Source: an uncultured Actinomycetota bacterium
Lineage (GTDB): Bacteria > Actinomycetota > Actinomycetes > JAFAQI01
Length of the DNA stretch: 64,000 nt
Assembly: GCA_963770565.1 (NCBI GenBank)
Contig: CAVYQE010000001.1
Location: 512,001 to 576,000 of the forward strand
Reading direction: 5' to 3'
Positions 49,341-62,065 of this stretch are shown in pieces; the first letter of the stretch is position 1, and each line of letters opens with the position of its first letter. The notes beneath the pieces are model-generated. The model searched no databases, was not told where the DNA came from, and saw only the letters and a list, made by a program, of their open reading frames with translations. The translations under genes and the position numbers were made by a program.

Positions 49341-50761
49341 GTGTCCCGCGAGGTGCGGACCTCTCGGCTGGTGACCCTCGCGGCGGCTGTTGCCGTGACC
49401 GCGGGCGTTGCCGCCGGGTACGTCGTCACCCGCAACCACTCCTCGTCGCCCGCCGCCGCCGCGCCGACGACGTCCCCCTCGACGTCGCCGCTGCCGGTGC
49501 CGAGCAGCCCGCCGCCGCGCGGTCCAGTCCTCGCCGGCCTTTCCGCCACCGCCCCGGTCCCGACCGCGGCGGGGGTCGCAGCCGACCTGCAGGGGCTGGC
49601 GCAAACCGTGGCTGGGGGCGCCGAACTGGTCGGGGAAGTGGTCGACGCGGACACCGGTGCCCGGTTGTGGGCCCGCGATGCTTCTCAGCCCGCGCCGCCG
49701 GCGTCGACGACGAAGCTGCTGACCGCAGCGGCGGCGCTGAGCGCGCTGGGGCCCGACTACCGGATTGCGACCACGACCAGGCGATCCGGGCATACCGTCT
49801 ACCTGGTCGGCGGCGGCGATCCGACCATCGTGCGCACCCCCGGTTCGTTCTACAGCCCGCGCTATCCGCGACCGGCGTCGCTCGCCGGCCTGGCCCGGCT
49901 GACGATCGCCGCCCTCGGTGGCGTTCACCGGGTCCGGCTGCGCCTGGACACCAGCGCGTGGTCCGGCCCGGCGATGGCGGTCGGCTGGAAGCCGAGCTAT
50001 GTCACCGAAGGCGATGTCACCCCGCCGAGTCCGCTCGAGCTCGACGAGGGTCGGGTCAACCCGCACGACGAGTTCGCGGCGCGGACCGAGACTCCGGCGC
50101 GCAGGCGGGCGCGGCGTTCGCCGCATTGCTGGCCAACGGCGGCGTGCAGGTGGTCGGCCCGGTGACTGCTGGTACGGCGACGCCCGGCTCGGTCCCGTTG
50201 GCCAGCGTCTCCTCGCCTCCGCTCGCCGAGCTGGTTCAGCGGATGCTGACCGAGAGCGACGACGACCTGGCCGAAGCCCTCGGCCGGGCGGTCGCGATCC
50301 ATGACCAGCTCGCCCCGACCTTCCTCGGTGCGGCCACCGCGGTGGAGCGCCAGGTGCGCGCCCTCGGCATCTCGGTGCAGGGGGTCTCACTCCAGGACGC
50401 CAGCGGGTTGTCGCATCGCGACCGGATCACCCCTGGGGCGCTGGTCAACGTCCTGCGGGCGGCGGCCTCACCCACACAGCGGGTCATGCGGCCAATCCTC
50501 GAAGGGCTACCGATCGCGGGGCTGACCGGCACGCTGGCAACCCGTTATCGCGACTTGCCGACCGCCAAGGCGGCCGGAGTGCTGCGGGCCAAGACCGGCA
50601 CGTTGACCGGTGTCAATGCGCTGGCCGGGTTCGTGGTCGACCGCAGCGGGCGGCTGCTGATCTTCGCGTTCCTTGCCTCGCAAGCGGCCGATCCCGGCCT
50701 GACGGTTCCCGAGCTCGACCGGATGGCGGCGCGGCTGGCCCGATGCGGCTGTGCCGGGTGA
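49341..50761 (+). CDS. dacB: D-Ala-D-Ala carboxypeptidase/endopeptidase (PBP4 class), frameshift near 50100
   Basis: PASTTKLLT (SxxK) and GGGDPT in the first frame; ESDD, DASGLS, AKTGTL in the second; Rv3627c synteny. Confidence 0.87.
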
Positions 50762-50836
50762 CGGCGTACCGCTTGAACGATGAGGCGGCCGCGCAGCGAT
50801 GCAGTGGGGTGAGGATCGGGGCGTAGGTTCTACTCC

Positions 50837-51925
50837 GTGCAACTGGTGGACTGGCGACTGGCGGCCGCGACCGGCACCCGGCTGGTGCCACCCGGGCCCA
50901 CGATCGACCTCGCCGACGCCGTTGCCACGGTCGAAGACCTTCGCCGGATCGCTGATACGGCCGACCAGCACGTAGCGCGGGTGACCGGTCTCGACGCGGC
51001 GAGCAGCTCCGCGGCGACCGTCGTCGTCGACCGGCCGGACTGGATCCGGGCGAACGTCGAGAGCTTCCAGGTCCTCGTCGACCCGATCATCGAAGCGCTG
51101 ATGGCGAGCAAGTCGGCCAATCCGCCGGGCGCGTTTGCGGCCGCGATCGGGTCGCGGGCGGCCGGCATCGAGGTCGGCATCGTGCTGAGCTATCTCGGCA
51201 CCCGGGTGCTCGGCCAGTTCGAGCTGCTCGGGCCGCCCCGCACTGCTGCCGGCGAGCACGCGCCGGGCCGGCTCACCCTGGTCGCGCCCAACATCGTCGC
51301 CGCCGAGCGGGCCCTGCAGGTCGACCCGGCCGACTTCCGGCTGTGGGTGTGCCTGCACGAGGTCACCCACCGCTCCCAGTTCGGCGCGGCGCCCTGGCTG
51401 CACGCGCACGTCCAGGACCTGCTCCGCGAATACCTGCTCGCCTCGGACCTCGACACCAACGTCGTACTCGAGCGGTTGCGCCAGGCGCTGTCCGGCCTTG
51501 CGCAGGTCGCGCGCGGCCAGCGTGAGGCCAGCCTGGTCGAGCTGATCCAGACCCCGGCCCAGAAGGAGATCCTCGACCGGATCACCGGCTTGATGAGCCT
51601 GCTCGAGGGTCACGCGGACGTGGTCATGGACACGGTCGGACCCTCGGTCGTGCCCTCGGTGGCGACCATCCGCGCCCGGTTCGACCGCCGCCGCCGCCAG
51701 GCCAACCCGCTGTCGCGAATCGTCCGGCGCCTGCTCGGCCTCGAGATGAAGCTCAAGCAGTACGCCGAAGGCGCGGTGTTCGTTCGTGCCGTGATCGACG
51801 AGGTGGGGATGCCCGGCTTGAACACGGTCTGGACCGCGCCGGCCCAGCTTCCGACCGCGGCGGAGATCCGCGACCCGAAGCTCTGGCTGAAGCGGGTCGG
51901 CCTTCCGCCGGCGGTGAGTGCGTGA
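50837..51925 (+). CDS. Zincin-like metalloprotease (Rv3626c-like)
   Basis: LHEVTH HExx[18 protein letters not shown]. Confidence 0.88.
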   Translation: MQLVDWRLAAATGTRLVPPGPTIDLADAVATVEDLRRIADTADQHVARVTGLDAASSSAATVVVDRPDWIRANVESFQVLVDPIIEALMASKSANPPGAFAAAIGSRAAGIEVGIVLSYLGTRVLGQFELLGPPRTAAGEHAPGRLTLVAPNIVAAERALQVDPADFRLWVCLHEVTHRSQFGAAPWLHAHVQDLLREYLLASDLDTNVVLERLRQALSGLAQVARGQREASLVELIQTPAQKEILDRITGLMSLLEGHADVVMDTVGPSVVPSVATIRARFDRRRRQANPLSRIVRRLLGLEMKLKQYAEGAVFVRAVIDEVGMPGLNTVWTAPAQLPTAAEIRDPKLWLKRVGLPPAVSA

Positions 51926-52866
51926 AGGTGGAGCCGGCGGTCGCCGCGATCAGGGTCGCGGTGCGCGAGTGCCTGACCGACCTGCCGAGCGGCGAGCTGG
52001 TCCTGGCCGCGGTCAGCGGCGGCGCCGACTCGCTGGCGCTGGCCGCCGCGCTCGCGCACGAAGCGCCGCGGCTGGAGCTGCGGGCCGGGGCGGTCACGGT
52101 CGATCACGGGCTGCAGGACGGGTCGCCGGAGCGGGCCGCCGATGTCGCGGCGACCTGCGCCGATCTCGACCTCGATCCGGTGGTCATCGAGTCGGTGACG
52201 GTCGGTAACGAGGGCGGCCCGGAGGGAGCGGCGCGCGAAGCGCGGTACGCCGCGTTGAACGACGTGGCGACCCGCACCGGCGCGATCGCGGTCCTGCTGG
52301 GGCACACCCTCGACGACCAGGCCGAGACCGTGCTGCTCAGCCTCGCGCGGGGGTCCGGGGCACGGTCGCTGTCGGGCATGCCCCCGCAGCGGGAGCGGTT
52401 CCGGCGACCGCTGTTGGCGATCCGGCGGGTGACGACGAACGAGGCGTGCCAGGCCCTCGACCTCGTCCCGTGGGCCGACCCGCACAACTCCGACCCGGCC
52501 TTCGCCCGGGCTCGGGTCCGCCAGCAGGTGCTGCCGGCGATGGTCGACGCGCTCGGCGACGGGATCCCGGAGGCGCTGGCCCGCACCGCCGCGCTGCTGC
52601 GCGACGACGCCGATGCGCTCGACGAGTGGGCCAAGACGATCACCGACCCGACCGACGTCGGTGCACTGTCCGAGTTGCCGAGCGCGGTGCGCAGGCGGGT
52701 CATTCGCAACGCCGCGTTCGCAGCGGGTGTCCCGGCCAGCAGCCTTACCGCCAGTCACGTCCACGAAATCGAGCGGCTTGTGACCCACTGGCACGGCCAA
52801 GGCGCCGTGAGCCTACCCGGGGGCTTGGTGGCAGATCGGTCGTATGACAGGCTTTCGTTCCGATGA
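51922..52866 (+). CDS. tilS: tRNA(Ile)-lysidine synthetase
   Basis: [11 protein letters not shown]-loop, [18 protein letters not shown]. Confidence 0.95.
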   Translation: MKVEPAVAAIRVAVRECLTDLPSGELVLAAVSGGADSLALAAALAHEAPRLELRAGAVTVDHGLQDGSPERAADVAATCADLDLDPVVIESVTVGNEGGPEGAAREARYAALNDVATRTGAIAVLLGHTLDDQAETVLLSLARGSGARSLSGMPPQRERFRRPLLAIRRVTTNEACQALDLVPWADPHNSDPAFARARVRQQVLPAMVDALGDGIPEALARTAALLRDDADALDEWAKTITDPTDVGALSELPSAVRRRVIRNAAFAAGVPASSLTASHVHEIERLVTHWHGQGAVSLPGGLVADRSYDRLSFR

Positions 52867-53453
52867 CCGCGCCGCTTCTTCCGATGGAATCGATGGCCGA
52901 ACAACCTGCCGATCTGCATCCAGATATCGAGGCGGTCCTGGTCTCCCAGGAACAGATCGCCGAGAAGATCACCGAGATGGCCGCGAAGATCGACGCGGAC
53001 TATGCCGGCCGCGAGGTGCTCCTGGTCGGGGTGCTGAAGGGCGCCGTCATGGTCATGGCCGACCTGGCCCGGGCGCTGACGATTCCGGTCTCGATGGAGT
53101 TCATGGCGGTGTCGTCGTACGGATCGTCGACGTCGTCATCCGGGGTCGTGCGGATCCTCAAGGACCTCGACTGCGACATCAGCGGATGCCACGTGCTGGT
53201 GGTGGAGGACATCATCGACTCCGGGCTGACGCTGTCGTGGCTGCTGCGCAACCTGCGGTCGCGCCAGCCGGCGTCGGTCGAGGTCGTGGCCCTGCTGCGC
53301 AAGCCGGAGGCGGCCCAGGTCGAGGTGCCGGTCGGCTACATGGGGTTCGACATCCCGAGCGTGTTCGTGGTGGGTTACGGCCTGGACTACGCCCAGCGCT
53401 ATCGGGGCCTGCCGTATGTGGGCACTTTGCGCCCCGAGGTGTATTCCAGCTAG
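52863..53453 (+). CDS. hpt: Hypoxanthine phosphoribosyltransferase
   Basis: [26 protein letters not shown]; start may be slightly downstream. Confidence 0.96.
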   Translation: MTAPLLPMESMAEQPADLHPDIEAVLVSQEQIAEKITEMAAKIDADYAGREVLLVGVLKGAVMVMADLARALTIPVSMEFMAVSSYGSSTSSSGVVRILKDLDCDISGCHVLVVEDIIDSGLTLSWLLRNLRSRQPASVEVVALLRKPEAAQVEVPVGYMGFDIPSVFVVGYGLDYAQRYRGLPYVGTLRPEVYSS

Positions 53454-53582
53454 GGCGCCACCGCTCCACAGCTCCCGAATGGGCCCGGCGCAGTTCAGTC
53501 AGCCGGTGTACCGTCGATACTTGCGGAGGAGTGTTTTTCCGGCCTTCGTGATCAACCGCGTCCGCAGCGTCGAGCAGGAGCC

Positions 53583-55691
<2,109 letters not shown>

Positions 55692-55702
55692 CCGAAGCCA
55701 CC

Positions 55703-56533
55703 GTGCGGGGGTTGCCGGACTTCGGGCGATGCCTGGTGATGGGTGTCGTCAACGTCACACCGGACTCGTTCAGCGACGGCGGCCGCCACTACGAGACCAG
55801 CTCCGCGATCGACCACGGCCTCGCGCTGGTGGCCGATGGCGCCGATCTCGTCGACGTGGGCGGGGAATCGACCCGCCCGGGCGCTGATCGGGTCGATCCG
55901 GCCGAGGAGGCCCGCCGGGTGCTCCCCGTCGTACGGGAGCTCGCCGCCGCCGGGATCCGGGTGAGCATCGACACGATGCGCCGGGAGACCGCCGAGGCGG
56001 CCCTGGCAGCCGGCGCGGTCATGGTCAACGACGTGTCGGGTGGTGCGGCCGATCCCGGGTTGCCCCGCCTGGTCGCCGAGGCAGCAGTTCCGTACGTCGT
56101 CATGCACTGGCGCGGACACAGCGCGGACATGCAGCAGCGGGCGGAGTACGCCGACGTCGTGGCCGAGGTCTGCGCTGAGCTCTCGCAACGACTCGACGCG
56201 GTGGTCGCCGCCGGCGTCGATCCCGACCAGGTGGTGCTCGACCCGGGGATCGGCTTTGCGAAGACCGCGGCTCACAACTGGGCGCTGCTGGCGCACCTGG
56301 AGCGGCTGGTCGCGATCGGGCCGCCACTCCTGGTCGGTGCGAGCCGGAAGTCGTTCCTCGGCACGCTGCTCGCTCGCGACGGCGAGCCGCGGGACAGCGA
56401 CCATCGCGCGGACGCCACGGTGGCGATCACCGCGCTGGCGGCTGCCGCCGGTGCGTGGGGGGTGCGGGTGCACGACGTACCCGGCAACGCCGACGCGGTG
56501 CGGGTGGTCTCCGCCATCCTCGAGGCGCGGTGA
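55703..56533 (+). CDS. folP: Dihydropteroate synthase
   Basis: NVTPDSFSDGG, GGESTRPG, DPGIGF, SRKSF, VRVHDV. Confidence 0.96.
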   Translation: MRGLPDFGRCLVMGVVNVTPDSFSDGGRHYETSSAIDHGLALVADGADLVDVGGESTRPGADRVDPAEEARRVLPVVRELAAAGIRVSIDTMRRETAEAALAAGAVMVNDVSGGAADPGLPRLVAEAAVPYVVMHWRGHSADMQQRAEYADVVAEVCAELSQRLDAVVAAGVDPDQVVLDPGIGFAKTAAHNWALLAHLERLVAIGPPLLVGASRKSFLGTLLARDGEPRDSDHRADATVAITALAAAAGAWGVRVHDVPGNADAVRVVSAILEAR

Positions 56534-56961
56534 GTGGCGTGGGTGATGTCGAGGACGTGACCGAGGCCAACGCGCAGTTCTACGCCGCGATCGAGTCCGG
56601 CGACCTCGGGCGGATCGAGCAGCTGTGGGACGCCGGCGACGACGTCGTGTGTGTGCATCCGGGCTGGCCCTCGGTGCGGGGACGGTCCCGGGTGCTTCGG
56701 TCGTGGGCGGTGATCATGGCCAACACCTCCTACATACAGTTCTTCCTCACCGGGGTTGATGTGAGCATGGCTGGCGACGTCGCCGTGGTCACCTGCCAGC
56801 ACAGCTTGCTGGCCGGGAGCACGGACGCCGAAGGCGAGTTGGGCGAGACTGCAACGGTGGTGGCCACCAATATGTTTCGGCGGCGGGAGCAGGGCTGGCG
56901 GCTGTGGGCCCATCATGCTTCTCCTGTGATGACCGCGAGCGAGGAAGGGCAGGCAACATGA
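56530..56961 (+). CDS. SnoaL/NTF2-like protein
   Basis: ANAQFYAAIE, CVHPGW, ATNMF, HHASP. Confidence 0.85.
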   Translation: MSGVGDVEDVTEANAQFYAAIESGDLGRIEQLWDAGDDVVCVHPGWPSVRGRSRVLRSWAVIMANTSYIQFFLTGVDVSMAGDVAVVTCQHSLLAGSTDAEGELGETATVVATNMFRRREQGWRLWAHHASPVMTASEEGQAT

Positions 56962-57323
56962 CCGACACGATCTCGCTGCGTGGACTGCGGGTCCGGGGCT
57001 TCCACGGCGTGCTGCCGGAGGAGCGCCGGGTCGGGCAGCTGTTCGTCGTCGACGTCGACCTCTCGGTCGACACCCGGCTGGCGGCCACTGAGGACGACGT
57101 GGCGGCCACCGTCGACTACTCGACCCTGGCGCATCTGCTCGCGGAGGTCATCGGAGGCGAGCCGGTCGCGCTGATCGAGACGCTCGCGCAACGGCTGGCC
57201 GACGTCTGTCTCGGTGACCCGATGGTGCACGCCGTCGAGGTCACGGTGCACAAGCCAGACGCCCCGGTCGGCCTGCCGGTCAGCGACGTGATGGTGACGA
57301 TCCAGCGAGAGCGTCACGAGTGA
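56958..57323 (+). CDS. folB: Dihydroneopterin aldolase
   Basis: GFHGVLPEER, TVDY, LIETLA, VHKPDAP. Confidence 0.95.
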   Translation: MTDTISLRGLRVRGFHGVLPEERRVGQLFVVDVDLSVDTRLAATEDDVAATVDYSTLAHLLAEVIGGEPVALIETLAQRLADVCLGDPMVHAVEVTVHKPDAPVGLPVSDVMVTIQRERHE

Positions 57324-57805
57324 CGGCGGTGGTCTCGCTCGGCACCAATCTCGGTGACCGGATGGCCCGGCTACGGGCCGGTCTGGAAGTCATCGCGCAG
57401 CAAGTGCCGGTTCGCGCGGTCTCACCGGTCTACGAGACCGCGCCGGTCGGTGTCACCGATCAGCCCGCCTACCTCAACGCGGTCGCGCTGCTCGACAGCG
57501 ACGACCCGGAGGCGGTCTTCACCGCGACCCAGGCCGCCGAGCAGTCCCAGGGCCGGCTGCGCTCCAGGCGCTGGGGCCCGCGGACCCTGGATGTCGACGT
57601 CATCGCGGTCGATGCCGTGATCAGCGATGACCCGCGACTGACCCTGCCGCATCCACGCGCCTACGAGCGCGGTTTCGTACTCACCCCATGGCTCGCCGTC
57701 GACCCGGCCGCGAGCCTGCCGGGCCGCGGCTCGGTCCGCGCCCTGCTCAGCGGGCTCGGTCCGCAGCAGGTCCGGCGGGTGGCCGACCCGTTGCCCTTGC
57801 CGTGA
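57320..57805 (+). CDS. folK: 6-hydroxymethyl-7,8-dihydropterin pyrophosphokinase
   Basis: SLGTNLGD, YLNAV, RWGPRTLDVD, LTLPHPR. Confidence 0.95.
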   Translation: MTAVVSLGTNLGDRMARLRAGLEVIAQQVPVRAVSPVYETAPVGVTDQPAYLNAVALLDSDDPEAVFTATQAAEQSQGRLRSRRWGPRTLDVDVIAVDAVISDDPRLTLPHPRAYERGFVLTPWLAVDPAASLPGRGSVRALLSGLGPQQVRRVADPLPLP

Positions 57806-58272
57806 TGAAGCCCACGAGAGCATCGCTACTGCTGCTGGTCGCCGTAGTGGCCGGCGGGATCGCGTACCTGGTCACCCGGTCGCAGTTCAACAGCCTTCCG
57901 ACGCCGACCATCTACGCGTTGTCCTGGCTCGTGTTGCTGGCGTTCGCGGAGCTGTACATGGCGTTGATGACCCGGGCCAGGCTGGCCGGCCGGCACGGCA
58001 CCCGGCCGATCAACCCGCTGGTCGTCGCGCGACTGGTCGCCCTCGCGAAGGCGTCGTCGATCGTCGGCGCGGTCGCCACCGGCGGGTACGCCGGATACCT
58101 GGCCTGGGTGGCCAAGATCGATTCAGTGACCGCCGACCGGGACACCCGGACCGCGGCGTTCGGAGTGGGTTTCGGGCTGGTCCTCGTGGCCGGCGCGTTG
58201 TTCCTGGAACGGGTCTGCCGGGTGCCCAAGGGCAAGGACGACGACGAATGGGAGCCACCGGCCGGCGACTGA
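57805..58272 (+). CDS. DUF3180 membrane protein
   Basis: ARLVALAKASS, LERVCRVP; usual position after folK. Confidence 0.85.
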   Translation: MKPTRASLLLLVAVVAGGIAYLVTRSQFNSLPTPTIYALSWLVLLAFAELYMALMTRARLAGRHGTRPINPLVVARLVALAKASSIVGAVATGGYAGYLAWVAKIDSVTADRDTRTAAFGVGFGLVLVAGALFLERVCRVPKGKDDDEWEPPAGD

Positions 58273-58292
58273 GGCCGGTAGGCTTCGCTGCC

Positions 58293-58598
58293 ATGCCCAA
58301 CGACTCGAGTGATCAGTCGCCCACGGTCGCCGAGCTCGAGGCGCTGACGACCGCCGAACTTCGTGAGCGGGCGTTCGCCCGCGCCGAGCGACACCGCGAC
58401 ATCGGCTTCTTCTGGGACCTGGTCAAGCACCTGCCGTCGAGCGAGAGCCTCGGCGCTGACGACGGCTCGGCCGGCGGGCTGGGCGAGAGCATCAGTGGCG
58501 CGGTCGAGCTGGCCCAGGAGCTGCTCGGCCGGCACGAAGGCTCGCTCGAGCCCTTGCTCCGGGCCCGCTACATCGAATACCTGCGCACCGGCGACTGA
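58293..58598 (+). CDS. Hypothetical protein
   Basis: Plausible ORF with TAGGCT -10 upstream; ELRERAF...FFWDLVKHLP...LLRARYIEYL. Confidence 0.7.
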   Translation: MPNDSSDQSPTVAELEALTTAELRERAFARAERHRDIGFFWDLVKHLPSSESLGADDGSAGGLGESISGAVELAQELLGRHEGSLEPLLRARYIEYLRTGD

Positions 58599-58606
58599 CT
58601 GCCGGG

Positions 58607-60193
58607 TCAGCTCACCGCGGCTCTGGCAACCTTCGAAGGGCGGCTGTCGCCCACCACGTTCTCGGCCACCACTCGTACGTCGTAGGTGTGACCGGCGCTG
58701 AGTCCGGTGATCGTGACCCGTCGGTGGCGCGCGGCGACGAGCGTCGAGGCGAAGTGGCAGCCCAACGCGCCGGGACGGCAGGTCGCGTACTCGACCCGGT
58801 ACTTGCGGATCGGCCGGCCGCCGTCCTGGGTCGGCTTCGACCAGCCAACCGAGATCGCGTGGTCACCACCGACCGCGAGCACACTGCGCGGTGCGGTCGG
58901 CACGGACAGCGGGGTCAGGGACGCCGACCGCGCGCCGGGCGACCCGCCGAAGACGTTGACCGCCTGCACGAGGAAGGAATAGGTCCGGCCGTACTGCAGG
59001 TGGTGGATCGTGGTGTGGGTCTTGGTCGTCGTGAGACCGAACACGCCTTCGCCACCTCCCGAGCCCACTGTGACGCCGTGACCCAGCCTGACGATCGTTT
59101 CGACCTCGTAGCCGAGCAGACCACCGCCGCTGACCGTCGGCGCGTCCCAGCGGACGGTGGCTGATCGGTGGTGGACGACGGCCCGGACGTTCGTCGGGGC
59201 GCCCGGCGGCACGCCGGTCACGGTGAGAGCCGCGGGCTGGCCAGGGCCCGAGCCGACGCCGGTGATGGTGCGGATCGGTGCGGCGTCGCCGTGTGCGTTG
59301 GTGCCGAACACGCTGACCGTGTGGCTCGTGGCATCGGCGACCTCCAGCTCGCCGATCGCGTCGATGGCGAGCCCGCTCGGGTCATCGATTCCGGTGTCCG
59401 TGCCCTTCAGGACCGCCAGGGCCGGTGTCCTGGGGCCACCGAACAGCGAGATCAGCTCCGTCACCGAATGCGCGCCGCCGTCAGCGACCCAGAGCAGGAA
59501 GCCGGCGCTGGCGATCGCGGTCGGCGCGCTGAAGGCATGCGCGGTCGTGCCCTTCACCACGGTCAGGGGCGCGATGTTGCCGTACCGGTCGCTGAGGTAC
59601 GACGTGAGGCTCGACGCACCGATGGTCGGTGTGTTGAGAACCGTGATCAACGGGAGGCCGATGGCAACGGTGATGGCGATCGGGTGATCGAGCTGCGTCT
59701 TGGGGCCCGCGATCGTCTCGGCCGGCAGGACGTTGCCGCTGGTGCCCGGGCTGAACGCCTCGACCGTGTTCGCCGAGGGGTTGGTGATCCAGACCTGCCC
59801 GGAACCGATCGTCACCGAGCTCGGGCCATCGAGTCCGGTCTGCGGGCCTGAGATCGTGGCCTTGGGAGCCGTGTCGCCCTGGGTGCCGGCGGCGTACTCG
59901 GTGATCGAGTCGCTGAGCGAGTTGGCGACATAGATCGTGCCCGAGGGCCCGACCGCTACTCCGGTGGGGCCGTCAAGTCCGGTGCTCCCGCCGGCGATTG
60001 TGGCGACCGGCGCGGCCGCGCCCGACGCGTCGGCGGCGTATGCGGTCAGGCTGTTGGCCGCGGTGTCGACCGTCCAGGTGACGCCGTACGACGGGGCCGC
60101 GTCGGAGTGCCGACCGGCGGCCGCTGCGCCTACGCCCGGCGTCACGATGCTGGCGGCGACAATTGCGCCGATCACGACTGAGGTGCGACGCAT
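58607..60193 (-). CDS. Secreted protein with NHL-like beta-propeller repeats and two fibronectin type III domains
   Basis: Signal peptide; repeated AP.ATI.G..T.LD.P units; PGAPTNV...W...Y and PTAPRSV...W...Y Fn3 patterns. Confidence 0.8.
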   Translation of the reverse strand: MRRTSVVIGAIVAASIVTPGVGAAAAGRHSDAAPSYGVTWTVDTAANSLTAYAADASGAAAPVATIAGGSTGLDGPTGVAVGPSGTIYVANSLSDSITEYAAGTQGDTAPKATISGPQTGLDGPSSVTIGSGQVWITNPSANTVEAFSPGTSGNVLPAETIAGPKTQLDHPIAITVAIGLPLITVLNTPTIGASSLTSYLSDRYGNIAPLTVVKGTTAHAFSAPTAIASAGFLLWVADGGAHSVTELISLFGGPRTPALAVLKGTDTGIDDPSGLAIDAIGELEVADATSHTVSVFGTNAHGDAAPIRTITGVGSGPGQPAALTVTGVPPGAPTNVRAVVHHRSATVRWDAPTVSGGGLLGYEVETIVRLGHGVTVGSGGGEGVFGLTTTKTHTTIHHLQYGRTYSFLVQAVNVFGGSPGARSASLTPLSVPTAPRSVLAVGGDHAISVGWSKPTQDGGRPIRKYRVEYATCRPGALGCHFASTLVAARHRRVTITGLSAGHTYDVRVVAENVVGDSRPSKVARAAVS

Positions 60194-60259
60194 CGGCCCA
60201 ACCTAGAGGGTTTCGGTGATCTTGGGGCAGTTTCACGAAATCGAAGCCGGGCCCCGCGA

Positions 60260-61372
60260 TCAGTTGCGGCTTCGCGCCATCGTGACGACATCGCCGGCGG
60301 TGAGAACGCCGAGGTAGTGGCCGCGCTCCGTGACGATGGCGCCCGGCGCGTTGCCGGCCAGGATCGCGGCCAGCGCCCGCTCGAGGCTCTCGCCCACCTC
60401 GACCGTGTCGGCCGGCTCGAGCCGATCGCCCGCGGTGCCGCCGCCACCGGCGTCCGTGCGGGCCAGCCAGCCGTCGACCGTGCTGTCCTCGCAGACGACC
60501 GCCCACGATGCCTCTGCCGCGTCCATGAGCGCGATGCAGTCGGCCAATCGATCCTTGGGTCCGACGGTGGGCCAGCGATGCAGGCCGGTCGCCCGCACAT
60601 CGACGACCGAGAGCCGGCGCAGGGTGCGCTCGGCGCCCACGAAATCGGCCACGAAGTCGGTCGCCGGGTCGGAGAGCAACGTGGCGGGGTCGGCGAACTG
60701 CTCGAGGTGACCGCCCTCGCGCATGACCGCGATCCGGTCGCCGAGCCGGATCGCTTCGTCGATGTCGTGGGTGACGAACACCACGGTCGTGCACACCTGC
60801 TCGTGCAGTCGCAGGAACTCGGCCTGTAGCCGGTCGCGGGCGATCGGGTCGACCGCGGCGAATGGCTCGTCCATCAGCAGCACGGGCGGGTCGGCCGCGA
60901 GCGCCCGAGCGACGCCGACACGTTGCCGCTGGCCGCCGGAGAGCTCCTGCGGGTAGCGCTTGCCGTACGCCGCATCGAGGCCGACGAGCTCGAGCAGCTC
61001 ACTGACCCGGGCCTTCGCCCTGGCCCTGTTCCACCCGAGCAAGGTCGGCACGGTCGCGATGTTGGTGGCGACGGTCTGGTGCGGAAACAGCCCGACCTGC
61101 TGGATGACGTAGCCGATCCGGCGACGTAGTTGCACCGGATCGACGCTCGTGACGTCGTCGCCGTCGACCAGGATCCGGCCGCCAGAGGGCTCGACCAGCC
61201 GGTTGATCATCCGCATCGTCGTGGTCTTGCCGCACCCCGAAGGCCCGACCAGGACCGCGATCTCGCCGGCCGCGATGTCGAGGGAGAGCGCTTCGACCGC
61301 CACCGTGCCGTCGGGGTACTCCTTGCGTACGCCGTCGAGAAGAATGCTCGCACCGGCTCCGCTAGCGTCCAC
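60260..61372 (-). CDS. Osmoprotectant (OpuC/ProV-like) ABC transporter ATPase with CBS domains
   Basis: [26 protein letters not shown]; RBS AGGAGG 9 nt before the GTG. Confidence 0.92.
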   Translation of the reverse strand: MDASGAGASILLDGVRKEYPDGTVAVEALSLDIAAGEIAVLVGPSGCGKTTTMRMINRLVEPSGGRILVDGDDVTSVDPVQLRRRIGYVIQQVGLFPHQTVATNIATVPTLLGWNRARAKARVSELLELVGLDAAYGKRYPQELSGGQRQRVGVARALAADPPVLLMDEPFAAVDPIARDRLQAEFLRLHEQVCTTVVFVTHDIDEAIRLGDRIAVMREGGHLEQFADPATLLSDPATDFVADFVGAERTLRRLSVVDVRATGLHRWPTVGPKDRLADCIALMDAAEASWAVVCEDSTVDGWLARTDAGGGGTAGDRLEPADTVEVGESLERALAAILAGNAPGAIVTERGHYLGVLTAGDVVTMARSRN

Positions 61373-61375
61373 CTC

Positions 61376-62065
61376 GTGCATCCTCCTGCCGGCGGTTTCA
61401 CCCTTCACGTGGGCAACCCGTGGTTCAGCTGGCACTACGTCACCAGCAATTGGAGCACGATCGAGTCGGCCGGCCGCGAACACGTCATCTTGACATTGCT
61501 CTCCGTCGGCATCGGGTTCGGCGTCGCCTTGCCCATCTCGGCGGTGGCGCGTCAGTCGCCGTGGTTGCGGACGCTCGTGCTCGGCACGACGAGTGCGTTG
61601 TACGCAATACCGTCGCTGGCCGCGATTGTCGCGCTGTATCCGTTCTTCGGGTTCAGCCGCTGGACGGTCGTGATCCCGCTGGCGGCGTACTCGCTGGTGA
61701 TCCTCGTGCGCAACATCCTGACCGGGCTGGACGGGGTGCCGGTCGAGGCGATCGAGGCGGCGACCGGGATGGGGTTCTCGAGCTTCGGCACATTCTTGCG
61801 GGTGCGGCTGCCGCTGGCGGTGCCGACGATCGTCGCCGGGCTGCGGCTGGCCACCGTGTCGACGATCGAGCTCGTCGTGATCGGTGGGTACGTCGGCACC
61901 GGAGGCTTCGGCGAGTTCATCATCGAGGGCTTCGAGAACAACTTCTACAAGGCCGAGATCACGACGTACATCATCGCGACGGTCCTGCTCGCCCTGATCG
62001 CCGACGCGCTGTTGCTCTTGGCGCAGCGGGCGGTCACGCCGTGGGCCCGGCGCGGGGCGGCCTGA
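61376..62065 (+). CDS. Osmoprotectant ABC transporter permease
   Basis: YAIPSLA, EAATGMG, LPLAVPTIVAGLRLA. Confidence 0.9.
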   Translation: MHPPAGGFTLHVGNPWFSWHYVTSNWSTIESAGREHVILTLLSVGIGFGVALPISAVARQSPWLRTLVLGTTSALYAIPSLAAIVALYPFFGFSRWTVVIPLAAYSLVILVRNILTGLDGVPVEAIEAATGMGFSSFGTFLRVRLPLAVPTIVAGLRLATVSTIELVVIGGYVGTGGFGEFIIEGFENNFYKAEITTYIIATVLLALIADALLLLAQRAVTPWARRGAA

